Source: Amphiscolops sp. MND2022 | Lineage: Eukaryota | Direction of reading: 5' to 3' | Assembly (NCBI GenBank): GCA_964187785.1 | Contig: OZ076415.1 | Coordinates: forward strand, 64,976,001 to 65,040,000 | DNA: 64,000 bases | Part shown: positions 26,501 to 41,500 of the stretch, piece by piece | Position numbering within the stretch: position 1 is the first letter of the stretch | Layout of the letters: the number at the start of each line of letters is the position of its first letter | Position numbers and translations under genes: made by a program | The notes under the pieces: generated by a model | The model's input: the letters and a program-made list of their open reading frames with translations, nothing else | The model's database searches: none | What the model was told of the DNA's origin: nothing

Positions 26501-29500
26501 TTTGGTGTTGTGTTGCCGTATTTATCGGTTTTGTATTTCGGTTGTATTTTCTGGATTGTTTCTTCTTTTATTTTTTTGTCCATTGCAAGTGCGGGTGGTA
26601 TAGCTGATTGTTAATGTCGGCTGTCGTAGCTGTTTTGTGTGATGAGTTTTATGGTGGTTTTCAGGTTGAGGGTCTTTTCACGGATAAGTTTTTCTCGGAG
26701 TTTCTTGTCGGTTATGCTTGTGATAAATTTCGATATGAGTAGGTCTTTCTGTTTGATTTCTTTGAATTCACAGTCCTTCTCCAGCGTTATTAACTTTTTC
26801 CAATGTTCTTCTGGTGTCTCGTTTTCTTCTTGTTTGGCCCAGAAGAAATCTCCACGGCTGTGGTTTGTGTTTCTCTTTGGCATGTATTATTCTCTGATTA
26901 GTTGTATTAATTTATCGGTTTTGATTTTTTGATTGTGTCGGGGTCCGTGTTAAATTCGCCTTTTGTGATAATCTCGATTGCCGACGGTCCGGCGCCTCAG
27001 ATGAAGTCTTGTTTGATTTCTGGTTCTTTTGTATCCCACGGGTCACCGGTTGGTACTGTATCATCCGTTAGTATTTGTTTGATGTCGATATTGTGGATTC
27101 TTTTTATGTAGTGCCGAAATTTTTCGGTCCATTTTTTGGGTGTATATAGTTTCTTCCGTCAGGTCCGGTGTCTTCTAGATATGGTAGTTGTGTTTTTGTT
27201 GCCACGGCCGTTTTGTACTAAACGTAGGTTGATAAAATGTTTTGCGTCCGTGGAAGGAAGATTTGGTAAAATCTTGCTTACTGCGCCATGTTAAGAATGA
27301 TAAATCTAGGTTAAAACAAATCGACTATAGTAGTTTCTATTCAACTATTTCGTAGTTTCTATCGTAACAAAATGTATCTTGTATCCAAAGTATAACAACA
27401 ACTATCATAGTATAACATAAATAGAGCATTCGTTGATTCAAGCGTTTGAGAGTTTGTTTGTCAACAACTCTATTGATGTTCTTTTTGTGTTCTTTGTAGT
27501 GTGGCCTTTGCATGTCACAATTGCTTCGCAAAAATGGACTTTTACGGAAATCAAAAATAAAATTGAAAGAGATGAATAAAAATAAGGAAAAGTCTTTCAT
27601 TTGGAGCCCGCTTTGCATTAAGAATAAAAAATATTTTCGCATTCATTTTTCAATATCTTCCAGCATCTTTGTGAAAAAAGAAAGAAAAAAGTTTATTTCA
27701 TCAATTTCTTGGTTATCACTGGCAGTTCGGCAGCTCTTGAAATTTTCTTAGTACGGGTTGCGCGGAATGCAGATGCAATTAAATGAATAAAAGTTTTATA
27801 GATGTGATTTTGCTTCCAATCATTTGATTCCTCGAGAAGTTAATGATCTTAATCCATGATCTTGTATACGAATAAGCCTACTATTTCGCTTTGTGAGATC
27901 TCTGATGATCGTTTTTAGTTGTGTTCACTAATGAAACATGTGAAGTATTAGTTTCCTACTTGTTGAATCGCTCCAACTCCTGGACCAGCACCGTGTTGAG
28001 ACTGTCCGAGTAGCTCACCGGGTATTTCAGACACGCCTCTTTGATGTCAAACAGGGGCAGCAGCTGCAATAGGTAGGCAGTTACAGAAGCGTTTGTAGAA
28101 TTCGAGTTTTTTTAAATATTTGAGAGGCATCCTCAAGAGATTTTGGAGCAAATGGTTGACTGAAATTTGTCAAAAATAATTTTTAAACTTTGTGAAAACC
28201 AATAAAAAGTGCGAATTTGATTGTAAAAATTTCTCAAAATTTACAATTTCTAACTTTTGTAATTTTCATTGTAGAAAATTCAAATAAATATTTTTGAAAA
28301 CTACATATAATTCTAAGAAACATTCTTAGCTGGCAATTTTTCCTATTCCTGGCAGTTTTCAAAGTATTTGGATTTGAAATTTGCAATTCTAAAGCAAAGG
28401 AGTTGCGATATTTTAGAATGCTACTGCAGGCGGAATTATTCGATATGCTTTTGAATTGTGTTTTTACATTAAAGTTTTGGCAGAAAATTAAAATTGGGCA
28501 ATACTTCCTCTACAAAACAAGACCTCTGCAATTTATTCTCAAAAAGTCTTTTATGTGTTTGGAGTAAAGTGCAATATGGCACAAGACTTGGTGAAGAATA
28601 ACGCAAAGTCACACGTTTTTAATGTTTTCTCACTATTTTCAACTTGTTAGTTTTTGAAGTTTGAATTTTGAGTTTTCTATTGAGTCCTAGTTGAAATTGC
28701 TTTTCCTGATAACCAGCTTTACCTTCTCCGCACTATCACGTAGCAAGAGCGCATGTATCATAGACCACATTCTACGAATTCGTTTTACAAATCTTACTCC
28801 CAATGCATGTTGTCTATGATCTATTTTACAGTAGATAACAAAAAGTGGGCTCTGTGTATGTTGTTTAATTTCGTCATTTAATTAAATTTTTCCAGGCTGC
28901 CTCTGATTTTGTACAAAACGTTCAACAGCGTTTTGTTCTGTAGAAAGTTACCATAGTACCTTCCGGCATAAAATTCATTAACCATAAATCATTTTATTCG
29001 CTTGATATCGTCCATAAATGATGACATCTGATTTTTCAAAATGAAAAATTGATTCTTAAAAGTACTGCAATACCACTTTCCATGAGAGTTTGTTTCATTT
29101 TAGAGTACGGAACACCTATGACCCAGATGTTACTCATACTTGGAGGTTTTGAGTTCATCTCGTTTGATTCATTGTACAGTGGCAAATCGGATCAGCTCTT
29201 GTCTCGTTGATAGATAGTATCACGTGTCGTGTACTATCTTTACAAGCAACATTTCAAATTGTAGTATCACGTGTCGTGTACTACTGAGCTCCGTTTTTTC
29301 CCCAAGAGACTTTATCAAGAAAATTAGTTTCGACTTTCTGCCACCAATCCTGGATTCTATGTAAACGATGTTGATGATCAGGACTCTTACGCCATTCCAT
29401 GGCGATTTTGAGTTGGGGAGGGATCCCTTCAGGTCAACCGATATCGAATTATGATGATGAGTTATGCGTGGTTTAGTATTATTTATTGTTGTATGGCATA

Positions 29501-32500
29501 TATTTTACATCATCAGTTGCCTGTAAATCCATGATAATAATAATAATAATAATAACAATTTCCTCAGTTTCAATGCGACGAGGGTCAAAAATTTTGTGAC
29601 TGATCAAAGTTGATCTTTTTTTTACTTTTTTAACGCAAAATACATTATTTTTTACCTGTGACCATATACCTAAACGAGGGATGAAGGACTTGCTCAAGGC
29701 CCAACGATGGTGAGTTGAGAGGGATTTGAACCTGGTACCGCCTCAGTACCGGCGGAATTCTCTATTCACTGCTTCACTACACCACGTTCCTCTAAACCAG
29801 TGTAGCATGCACCCCTTAATGAGTTAGCAAAGTGATAGATTCGACTGGAGGATTCATTTTCTAGGTTTGAAAACCAGCTTTTCTATTTGATTTGTTATTT
29901 TCCGCCCATATTTCATATGGGAAAGGAAAGCATTGAAATCAAAAGGTGTTTTTTACAAAATTTGCCAAGAATTATTGTATACGTTGTATCAACAGGTACA
30001 TTCACAGAATCCACTTGACATAAATTTAGTTCCATGCGATATGTATTTGTAAAGAATTTTGGACTTTTTTGGGTGACCCCAAATGACCCCAAAACACAAA
30101 AATTGCAAGCTTTTTTGCAATTTTTGTAGTTTTTGAACATTTACAGCTGATAACATACCTGAACAGATCAAAGGCAAAAAAAAGCTATTGAATTAAGAAA
30201 AACCAACTTGCTCAAAATTGATGAAAGGAATAAAGAAAAACCTTAATGGTCGAAATTTGTAACAGCAGTAATTGTTTGAGGCCGTCTTAATTGTCAATTT
30301 TTGCCAAGATAAGTATTCAAAAGCAATGAGGAACAAGACGGGAACGTCTCAAGTCGGCGCTATATCTAAAGCTCAAAAAGCGCAAAACATTTTTTTTTGG
30401 AAAAAAAACAGAAATTTTTGAAAAAAAATTCTTTCGGAAAATGTCGCACAGTGCCGAAAAATGTAAAAGGGGGACCCTTTTTGATTTATAAACACGCATT
30501 CTGTAGCAAAATAACAAAAAACTCAAAGGGGGGACCCTTTGGGGACATTAAAAAAATTTCGAGAAAAAGTCTCACAGCGCCGAAAAAAAATCGAAAGGGG
30601 GGAACTTTAGTCCCGTCCGGGCTTGTATATTGTAACGTTTAAAAAGTAAATGAATGCGCTCCCCGTTTGCCTTTAGCGGTCCAGTAGTTTAGTACTTATT
30701 TAGTAGTTGAACGTTAATTTTAACGTTCGTCGCTTCGAGTCTGTCTTAAATAAAAAAAAAGAAAAAAAACGAGTGACTGTAATAGTCGGGCTCTTTTCTT
30801 AAGAAAAGCGCCGACTAAAAACAGGTTTTAGCTCTGGCGTTTTTCTGAAGATGCATCTATTTAAAACGAGTGACTGTAATAGTCGGGCTCTTTTCTTAAG
30901 AAAAGCGCCGACTAAAAACAGGTTTTAGCTCTGGCGTTTTTCTGAAGATGCATCTATTTAAATATGCTTAAAGACTTTGAAGGATCGGACGTTAACTTCC
31001 ATTGCCACCAGCAATGAGCTTCTTTTATTGAGCCAAACTAACAATGAGTCCGTCTAAAATATTCACTTTCGATCTTTGGCTAAAATGTCGTTTTTACAAT
31101 TCAAATGTAAAAAGGTCGTCACACAGTGCTACTAAGTTTTCTGATTAGACTGTGGACTTAAAACGATTTTGTTGCTCAAATGATTTGGGGCGGAAAATAT
31201 CCCGCTGGTCCGCGGGCGTCTTGTTTACAAATCGTTCAGCAACTTTGTAAAGTAGTGGTTTCAACAAGACTTAAATTTGCAGTGATTCTTTCGAGTTGCT
31301 GGTATGCGTTGAGGACATGGTATACAACTAACTCAATCCTACGTTTCGTACTATGATCTTGCCATAGAGCATCACACAATCAGTGTACAAATTGTGGCAC
31401 CATTACAGGAAATACTTTGTCGTGAGGGTGGCGCGATCATTCTACGAGAGTACTGAGACTTGCATGGAGGGTCAACCTGCGTATATAAGCCGTAGATTAA
31501 AAAGGCCTGCTTTTTGTCACCAGAGTGACACTGAATAGACTTTCAGATGAACGTAAAGAACAGCAAAAAAGAACCGCCATCTAAAAAAACTGAGCCGCGC
31601 GTGTAATATTCGTCGAAACGTTTGATGGAAACTTCGAAGTCAAATTCCCACTGGCATTTTGTTCTCACCCCTGACAATCTTATAAATCACTTTGAAATGC
31701 AATAAAATCATGAACATTTTTTTTGTTTTTGGATTGTTTTTCGTGATGCTAGTTGCACCTCAAGACACTTTGTGTAGATCTTGTCTTAGAATTGTGCTTT
31801 CCAGATTTCCTTCTTCGCTGATGAATCAGCTCCAGTCTGAAGACGAAAAATAAGGTTTTCAACCGATGACGCAATCACTGTCGAGGTTATTCAAAGAATT
31901 CAAGCTTCAGAAAACATCCAAACGCCAAAGAAAAAGCTGTTTTTGGAATAAATCTGATACCCACTTACTTGGTAAAACCACAAGGAGTTTTTTCTATCAT
32001 GAAAAAAAATACAAAAACAACTTTGGCCACTTTTCATACACTTCATCCCAAACTTTTTATACCCCAAATATTGAAAATGCATGGGTTCATATGGTTTGTC
32101 AAATAGGAGTCATTTAACAGCATGGAAAGTTCAAATTCATGTCCATACCTTGCTGATGATGTTGTTAGCTATTTCGATGGTGGGCTCTTCTGAGAATGCA
32201 GACATCTGGGTGTCATCAATGTGGGGCTCCTTTGTCTTGTCTGGATCCTCGGGTGCGGATTGTTGTTGTTGTTTGGGTATGCTGGCACTGGTGCCATAGA
32301 CCAACAACATGTTGTCCAGAAATGACCTCTGCTCCTTCAACTCTCTCGTTAGGTCAGCGTTCTCTTGTAACTCCAACATGGTAGCTACTTGGTTGTCTGG
32401 CATGGTCTGTAATGAAGAAGAAAGAAGAAAGTTATCTTTCCCAATTCCGCTGGAAGTTCAAGTTGACACCGAATAAGCAGTTCATTTTTCTAAATCGACG

Positions 32501-35500
32501 CCTTTACGGATACTATCTCTGCTATGCAATGTTAATCGATCACTTTGTCATAATTAAACAATTTAGCCTCTAAGAGCTTTAAACTCCTAAAATCCGAAAA
32601 GTATCTGAAAGAATTCAATCAAAACCTATTAGATTCTCTTCTGAATAAACCGAGTTAACCAATCAAAAGATCGAAATCTTTTTGATTAAACATTACTCCT
32701 TTAGGTACTTTTCCACATAATCCGCCCCCCCCCCTCAGTGTTCACGTTCACCTTGAGAGCGTTCATGTACTCGGAGTGGGAGCCCTTGGAAGAGGGAGAC
32801 GTGGGCAGGTGGAGGGTGTTGGCGAAGAGGAACTTGGAGTGCAGCACCCTGGGGGAGAGGTAGATGTGCAGGAGGGAGAGGAGACAGCGCTGGTCCCTCT
32901 GGTCCGTCACCTTGCCCCCGTAGTTGCACTCGCCCACCATGTACTGCAGGGCCTCGTAAGGCACACGGTTGTACTCACACATGAACTCCTGAACGTCAAA
33001 CACGATTAAAATTCATTATTTTCCGCCCACATAAATGGGCGCCCACATTTTTTTCCAAATTCTGCCAAATCTCCCAGTTGCACCTCAGAGTTACTTGACT
33101 ATTTTAGTTACTTGACTATTCTAGTTACGTATTACTGCATACTGGCAGACTCGAGGTCGTGGGTTCGAACGCGGGCTGATGCGTTACAGCGGAAAATATC
33201 CCGGTGCTTAGCGGGCGTCTTGTTGTATATTTTGTGTGGTTCTTTTTCCGAGATTTTTTAAAATTTTTTGGTTGGCTTGATACGGAATATGTCCAAAATC
33301 TATTTAGTATGAAAATACAAAAAAAACAGGTGTTCCGAAAGTTTGCCGCTCAAAATTTTGTTGTCGGGAGTCACGTTCTATAAATATTTAGATTGAGTAT
33401 TAAAAAAATCGTATGTGATACAATTCTTTTTGAGCCTACTTATCACAATAATTGTCATTAATTGTGCGAGGAGTGCTATCATTGTGCTAATAATATTGAT
33501 TTTGAGTAAAAAAAAGAAGTTTCGAAAACTTAATTCTAAATGTTTACAGAAAATCATCTATTATAATAGATTTTTCTACACGTTTCTTCTCCAAAACGAA
33601 CATTTTTTCAAGTTTCGAACAAATTTTCGAAAGTATGTAGCCAAGATAGCTCAGGTCGGAAAACATCCAGTTGCTCAATAGGCGTCTTGTTGAGTTGATT
33701 GAATGCCATCCACTTTTTGATAACCATCGTTGGTGTTAATGCATGAGATCTCAATTCAATAACTAGTACTTCAGTAATTGAATTGGTAGTAGACGCTGAT
33801 AATACGAACAAACGACGAAATTTCTCACGACAAAATTTTTAACAGTGAATTTCCGGCCAGGAAATTCCCACCCCCGTGACCTTGTATACAAATTCAATTC
33901 GTCAAATACGCGGGCAAATCTTTTAGAGAGGCAAAAAGGGAATGAAAAATCCCGCGTGGCAATCGGTAAAAAATGTATAATTAGGAAAGATTGACACGCA
34001 TTACCAAAAGATACCAAAAAGGTTTGCTTTATTGATGAACTAATGATAAAATGCTTACTCTCAATTGATGGATTGAAATGCGCAAATCTGATTGGTTGAA
34101 ACTGTAGGGAATGTTCCAGCCAATAGCACCGTAGCTTTTCCGCTCGGAAACGACGGCGTGGAAAAAACACAAACTGATCAGGAGTCTTTCCCAGTGCTGA
34201 AATGAGTAATTAGTTGACGATAGATACTCTTAAAACAACAAGCCGGGAACGGCATAAATAGGCGCGATATCTAACGCTCAAAAATAGCAAAAGGACTTCA
34301 ACAAAGTGTCAAGTAATCTTTTATAGTACCCGAAAACCCAAGAATGGGACCGAATTGGCGCGCTAAAAGGGGACCCTTTCGGATTTTGAAACATCCGTTG
34401 TTGCAAAACATCAAAAAAGTGAAAAGGGGACCCTTTCGTCTCGCCCGGTATTGTATATTACGCGGAAAAAACGGAAAAACATTTTTGGTTCAGTTCGCTA
34501 GGCCAAATGGTTCAATTTGACGCCATAAAATTTTGTAGAACTATGTAGAACTATTTTGGTCAGTTCGTGTGGATTGAAAAAAGAGTCACTATAATATTCG
34601 CGTTTCACTTAATGAAGCGCCGACTAAAAATTTGAGTGGTAAAAACCTGCGGGTACAAATTATTGAGACTTATTCGACTGCGAAATTAAAACTAATGAGT
34701 TTCTGGCTTGAGTTAAATTGATTTTAGTTCCGTACCTATTCGAAAAAAGTCAAGGCAATCTTGTTTCAATCAAGACGACTTTTATTGGTGGATATTTATT
34801 TTTATTTAGGCGGCTTTTATTTCTTTTTTCTCCGATTACCCCAAGAAGCAATTGCGAAAATCGGTATCTGAAATAGCTCGGAAAAGTTTTAAGCGAGACA
34901 GCTCCGAATTAAACTTGCGAAAGCTAACAGTTTAGAAATTAATGTAGTTCAAATTTCAGAATATTAGGGGCTTTTTTGATAGAAATTTCTGTTAAAAGGT
35001 CTTTCTCCGGGGAACAAGGGAATGTTGATTTAGGAAGAAAGGTACACACTTTATCCGAGGGCGACTTTTAATGAGATTACTGAAAAATGCGGCTATTATT
35101 CAGGGTGACTTACAATTTTTCGAAGTTCACTATTGTGAATGTAACTAATGGTAGAAAAAACGTTGGAATAATTGACCGGCTGTAGTGTTGCTTTGTCTTC
35201 GCAGTCGATTTCGAAGAAAGTAGGTTCGGATATGAATTCGTCTGAATAAGACTGCATCAGGTTGTTTTTGAGACCTGTCGCCAACTCAACTGTGAGTTTG
35301 ACACTGTCTTGCAAAATAGTCACTGGCAGATGCTCCGTCGGGTAACTAGTCAGCCACAGCCTGAGAAAACACATTTTAGAGAAAGCATGGATGTATTTGA
35401 ATGCTCATCGATGTAACAAAGATGAAACATAGATGTAACATCGATGTAACATTAATAAAACATCGCTGATCTTGACATATCTGTCAGTGTCCAAATATGG

Positions 35501-38500
35501 CCTGAAAGTGAACTGTTTCGAGTACTTTTCCTTTCCTCTACAAGCCTGAACAATGTTAACGTTTAAATCACCCAGATTATTCAAAGCTATTCAAAACTTT
35601 GAACAGCAAATTATGGATCTTTTCTGTTTAATTCACACAAAAATAAAAAAAAAATTCGAGATGAAATATTGACTTTTTTAATTGGCTTGAATAAAAGTGA
35701 AATCACATGAATATATTTTCTATTTGAATAGTTCTTCAGTTGAAAAAAACTTTTTCACACTATTTAGTTATGATTATGATCGAACTGATTCGTTGAGCGT
35801 TTTTTGTGACTCAAAAATTTGAATGTCGATTTCCTAATCAAGAATGAGTACATTATAACAGGAAATAGCGTGAACAGAGTTTATATCTATATCCTACACT
35901 GTCACCTTGAAATTAAATTTGAAAATGAAGGTTTCTAGTTTGGTCTTTTTGTCCTAATATTTTCACTAAATTTCCAAAAAAATTGGAGATGGACGGGAAA
36001 CCGAAAAGAACCCAATTCGTGATCTTAAGTTTTTCACACTGGATTGTTCAAGTCCTTTGATGATTTTCACTGACATGAATGCAACATCTAAAATGATGGA
36101 TGATTTGTCTGCACCTAAACTCCTTGTTAGTGGTAGTGGGAGTGAGACTGTCTACAATCTTTTCCAGTTTCGGGATCCAGGATAGGGCTAAGTGGCAGTT
36201 CTGTAACACTACCCACATTCCCCTTTCCCGGCCCCTGTGGATAACGGACTCAGCGTGGGCTCCCTGGCCTTGTCCCAGGGATATACAGCTGAACATACTC
36301 CCTATGAAGTTGTTGTCATCCGCAAATTTGGTCAGCGCTGCATTGTACGCATACAAAATGATGACTCAATTTTTCAAACCTAGAGAGTAATTCGTCAACG
36401 AGAAAGGCTTTTAAAATTTTGAACCTGATTTTTAGTCGGCGTTTTCGAAGAAAATCCCGACTCTTACAGTGGCTGTTTTTTTTCGTCAGTTCAACGCGTA
36501 ACGTCCACTTTTTGTGCACTAATGCAATTAATGCACATTTACCAACTTTTACCATATGTACTTAGTACTTCATTTTCAACGCATCCAAAGCGTCTAACAT
36601 GAGATCAAAAGCGTCCCCCCTTTTACATTTTTCGGCACTATGCGAATTACAGGAAACTTCGAAAAAAAAATTCAAAAAAAATTCGGAATTTTTTTTCAAT
36701 TTTTAGTTTTTTGAGAGCTTTTGTTGTGTCCAGTTGTAGAAAAAGTGGTTTTCGAGTCTTTTTGAGCCTTAGATATGGCGCCGACTTGGGCAGTTCCCGG
36801 CTTGTTATTTCTGAAGTAAGCTCTCTATGCACTAGACCGATTAAACGGTTGTCGGTGTGAATGTTCCCCTGGCGTCGACTGCACACCTGTCTTAAGCTCA
36901 GAAGAGAAAAAATGTTTTGTTCAGGCTTCGTTGATGAAAACTTTGTCCTTTGAGCCAAATAGTTTTTGAACCGAAGTGAACCGAAAATATTGCAGTGTCT
37001 CTGCGCTTCTTGTTCAGGGAAATAAGTTCAATAAGTACCTGTCATGGGGTCTGCCCCTGGGGACAAAATGAAGAGGACGGGCTTCGAACTGGAGGACTCT
37101 TCGTACACCCTCTGCAGGTCGAGGGGCGGAGTCACCACAAAATTCCTGCCTAGCTTCTCACTCACGAACTTGCGCACTTGCATCAGCAGCTGTTTAAACA
37201 AAAAAGAGATATTTAGTGTACCAAAATACCATGTACCTGTAATTAGTCTTTTGAAAGCCACTTGATAATCAAGTTACAATGCTCGGGTTTCAATAAACTT
37301 TGGAATTATTCTCACAAACAATTAGACAAGTGACAAATTCATAGGCAAAATAATTTTAGTATCCTAATACTTCAGCCTCCTAATTGATCGGTTTTCTCGA
37401 AAACTACAGAAAGATTGGGATTTGGAGGAAATTTTGTATTCCAGTCTCTGAATAGTATAAATAATAAGTGAAAAATAAATGAAAAAACAATTTTTTTCAA
37501 CTAATAATTTCTCAACTATCATTTTATGAAAACCGTTTTTTGAAATCTCCTAAATGAATTTCAAGTTTATTGACGTTCCGAGTTATAGAATGAAAAAAAA
37601 ATGTTATCACAAATTTCGAATGCGCAACATTTGAAAATTTCAAATTAAAATAGAATAAAAAACGGTTTCAAATGTTTATGGAAATTCAAATGGCCAAAAT
37701 AAATCTGTAGTTTCTAGAACCTGGTCGGGTCTAATGACTTTGAAGAGAAGCAACTGCTGGAATTGAGAAATGCATTGCTGCCAGGGCTCTGGAAAATCCA
37801 GTGCTTCCAACTCACGTCTGTAGAAGAACGTCTTCCAAGCTTCCAAATTATTCGTGAAACTGGACCTGCGAAGCAAATAAATTAATTTGACAGATTAATT
37901 TCTTGAACATTTTTTTCTCTAGCTCCACTGAAGCGCAATAATTGATTTTGAGTTGAATTTTAAAGCAAAAAATCATCAAATTGTCGCTATCAGTTTCAAT
38001 ACTTCTCTATAATGATGACACTAATACAGTTTCGAAACTCTTGGAATATTCAAAGAAGTGTTCTTTTTAAAAGGCTCGACAAAGATTGCTATCCAATGAG
38101 TCATCTCTTGTACATCTCAAATATTTTGCATCGAATCCGTCAATAAAAACGCAATACCGGCAATTAGTTCAAGGTGAAAAGAGGAGGATTTCATATTGGA
38201 CTTTTACTCAATGGGGACGTACAAGAACCAAAATCTCACTTGAAATCTTTGAAAACTTCGAACAAGGACGAAATTTGAATAATTTCTTCCCAGGACTTAG
38301 CAGGGAGCCACCCAGCGGCCGGATTGGGTTCTGCATTCTCATTGGTTGGTGAGCTGGTGTTGATTAGAAATGCAAATTCTTCCTTGTCTATTTCGTTTCG
38401 GGAACTGAAAAAAGAATCAATAAACAGGAAATATACGGAAACTTGACTTATAGCGTGCAGTAACTTCTATCGTTAGTTGAAAACCTTTTCATTTACAAAA

Positions 38501-41500
38501 TTGAAGGTATGTGATGAATTACAAAAAATAGAGGCTGAAACGTTGAAGTGCTATGTTCAACACAAAATCTTCAAAACCTTCCCCAGATCTTAACAAGATC
38601 TTGAAAGATCTCAACAAAACTCTGGTTGGAGTTCGAGTGGTGGGATCCCATAAGATCAAAATCATGGAAAGATTTTCAAACTTTTCGTTTTTTTCCTATG
38701 AGCCAGTCAAACACTTTTAAAAAGATCATCAAACTGTTTTTTTCATAAACTTCCGAAAATCCCGGAATGTTAAAATAAAGGGTGTCCTATAGCTGCTATA
38801 TGTCGTGCTTCATTTGAAATTATCAAAAATCAAAGCGGTGACCTTTTGGTGAAATAATGTCCTTTTGAGAGATAATGAAAAGCTTTAGATCTTTTAAAAA
38901 GATGAAGACCCCCCCCCAATGTCTCCTCTCTTGTCACTCACAGTAGAACGTTGATGCAGAGGCTGAGTGAGAAGACGAGTCGGTGGCTGTCGAACAGAGA
39001 GCGAGACACGTTGACGTAGAGAGTGTGAGTGAAGTAGTCTGACAGGTAGCGAAGTCTCTTCTCCAGGATCTTGCTCTTGTTGCTGTCCAGAATAGACTGT
39101 ACGAAAAGCGAGATGAACCACGACAGGCTGAACTAGTAACACAAAACATAGAAGAGTCAAACAATGTTATAGAAAAGTCAGATGAGATGAACGAAAACAT
39201 AACAATCGCAAGCAAAAAAAAAGAGAACGAAATAGAGAAGCCACAGAAAAAAAAACCGGAAAAACAAGTAGAGAATTTTAAGAAACTCGGTTTTTGTGTA
39301 CGGTGTTACCTTCTTTTCGAACACATTACGATAAGAATCTGTAATAAAAAAGACACAGCATGATTTCAGGTTAAATATATATTGAACCTATATGCTTATA
39401 ACTACAAAATGGCCAAAGACTTGACCTGATAAGCATAATGTAGTCAAATAACGCGAACAATGGTGAATTTTTAAAGCTATTTTATAACCAATAAACGCAT
39501 TTTGACCACAGCCATGGACACAATATTAAACGTACCATTTATTGAGATAGTTTGATGTAATATATACATATTTGATAGCGAATGAATTATAAATGTCCTC
39601 GGAAAAAATCCCCTATTTTTTCACGGGGTTTGGACCTTCAACATGTTTAGCGGGCGCTTCAAGAAAAAAAAACGAGACCTATATAGCGGTTTTTTCGTAA
39701 GCCTTCCTTTCGCTGCAATCCGGTTGCAGTGACCATAAAGGATCCAGGAAAATATCTAGCTCATTTTGAGCATTGGGCAGGGGCATAAAAGTTCGTTATA
39801 CCGAACTGATCAGCTGATCATTGTACGGGCCAAATAGAGAACCCGGTGATAACTATCTTTACTGGGTTTCAATAAAAGTTGACTTGATAATAACTAAAAA
39901 ACATTGATAAAAAATATCGAGAAAAGCCAATTCCGAATGCTTTTTTGCCGACACCTAAGTCACGGCAATCTTTGCCTGGGAAAAAGCACCCAGCTGCTTT
40001 GATGGAGCTCCAAAAAATCTGGATCAAGAGTTTAAATGTGGTTTTCGGGTTAATGAACCAAGTTTGGATGCTTTGAACTACTCAATGGTAACCTCATCAT
40101 CCTTCGAGCTTTTTCGATGATGATTAACTGTCATGTGAGGTATCATTTCATATACCTTCGAAAAATTATTGAACACGCCATAGTAATAGCACATATCATA
40201 GCAATGGCTGGAGTAGAACATTTTAAAAGCTATGATGATCCAGGTACAGTTATCCGTGATTTTCGATGTTGCTGTTACTAGCGTGTAGATTCATTATACA
40301 TGATACAACATTCACTGGGGTGTGGAATTTTCAGACCGTGGCCCGAAACCCGTGGTGCCAAACCGTAACCCGTAAACCGTAGTTGTGAAAAATGCGAACC
40401 GTGCACATTTCTGAAAAATACGATCGAATTGTTTTATACATTTACCGATTTAATTTTAAAAATTTTTGGAGCAAATTCCAACCAGTGCAGCGGCAGTCGA
40501 GCGAGTTTTCAGTCGCCATAAACTTGCTCAGTCTCAAATACGAGCGTCCTTACGGGATGATATGGTTAAAAACATTACATTTTTACGCTGATTACATTTT
40601 AATTTTAATTACATTTTAATTTGCAGAGGGCGTTCCCTCATTTGGCATTTTGGGGCAAGGAAGATATTGATAGGCATTGATAACAAAAATTTTTGATGAA
40701 GAAATTTAATTATTTCTGAAGTAAACGTGTTTTTTTTTCAAACCGTACCTTGAAACCGTAAACCGTAGACGATAACCCGTAAACCGTAATTTCAATTCAA
40801 CCCGTACGGTTCCACACCCCAGAACATTCATGATACAACATTCATTATGTTGGATCCATATCAAAACAAGACGAACACGTTGCAATTGCTTTCTTGCATG
40901 ATTGTTCATGACGGTGACGGCAGATTTCACCGTGACGTCACATACCTGGTACACTTGGTTAACGTTTGGTAGGTCCTCTATGGCGAAGTAGAGGATGCTT
41001 GCATGAGAAGAAATGCTCTGGTAACCCATTCGGGCCTCTTCTATTTTCACTTGCGTTTCCTCTGCAGTCTGAAACAGAACCACGATTACCAGAAATTTCG
41101 TCGTCAGAAATTTCGTCGTCAGAAATTTCGTCGTCAGAAATTTCGTCGCCAGAAATTTCGTCGTCGGAAATTTCGTCGTCAGAAAATTCGTCGTCAGAAA
41201 TTTCGTCGTCGGTGATTACGTTCTATAAACCGTCGCATTTTCTCTAATCTTTTAGGAATCGTTTTACCATTGAGTCCTAATAATTATCGAGTCTTGTTAA
41301 TTATCTTGATAATTATCGATAATTGTGCAATTAATGCTATCATTGACTACTTTTAGTTATGGTTTTGTGAGAAACAGTTTCTGACCATGTTCTTTATACC
41401 CCCAGATACACCTTGTTTCTTAACCCCCCAACACGAATTTGTTTCGACACTTAAAGCAAACATTACCATGATTTTTAAAATAATTTTTTGATTAAAACAA

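Noticed and set aside
39780-40150. Minus-strand ELAFLDI resembling a Penelope/LINE RT motif
   Set aside because: Single weak motif with no YxDD or other domains in frame.
40933-40940. TGACGTCA (CRE) next to a donor, with two more at 55955 and 55967, as a regulatory pattern
   Set aside because: A rough expectation is of order one such 8-mer per 64 kb at this composition, and two of the three arise from one 12-bp tandem duplication.
41090-41212. Regular 15-bp repeat array as a CRISPR-like locus
   Set aside because: No spacers; it is the subterminal tandem array of a TSD-flanked foldback element in a eukaryotic intron.
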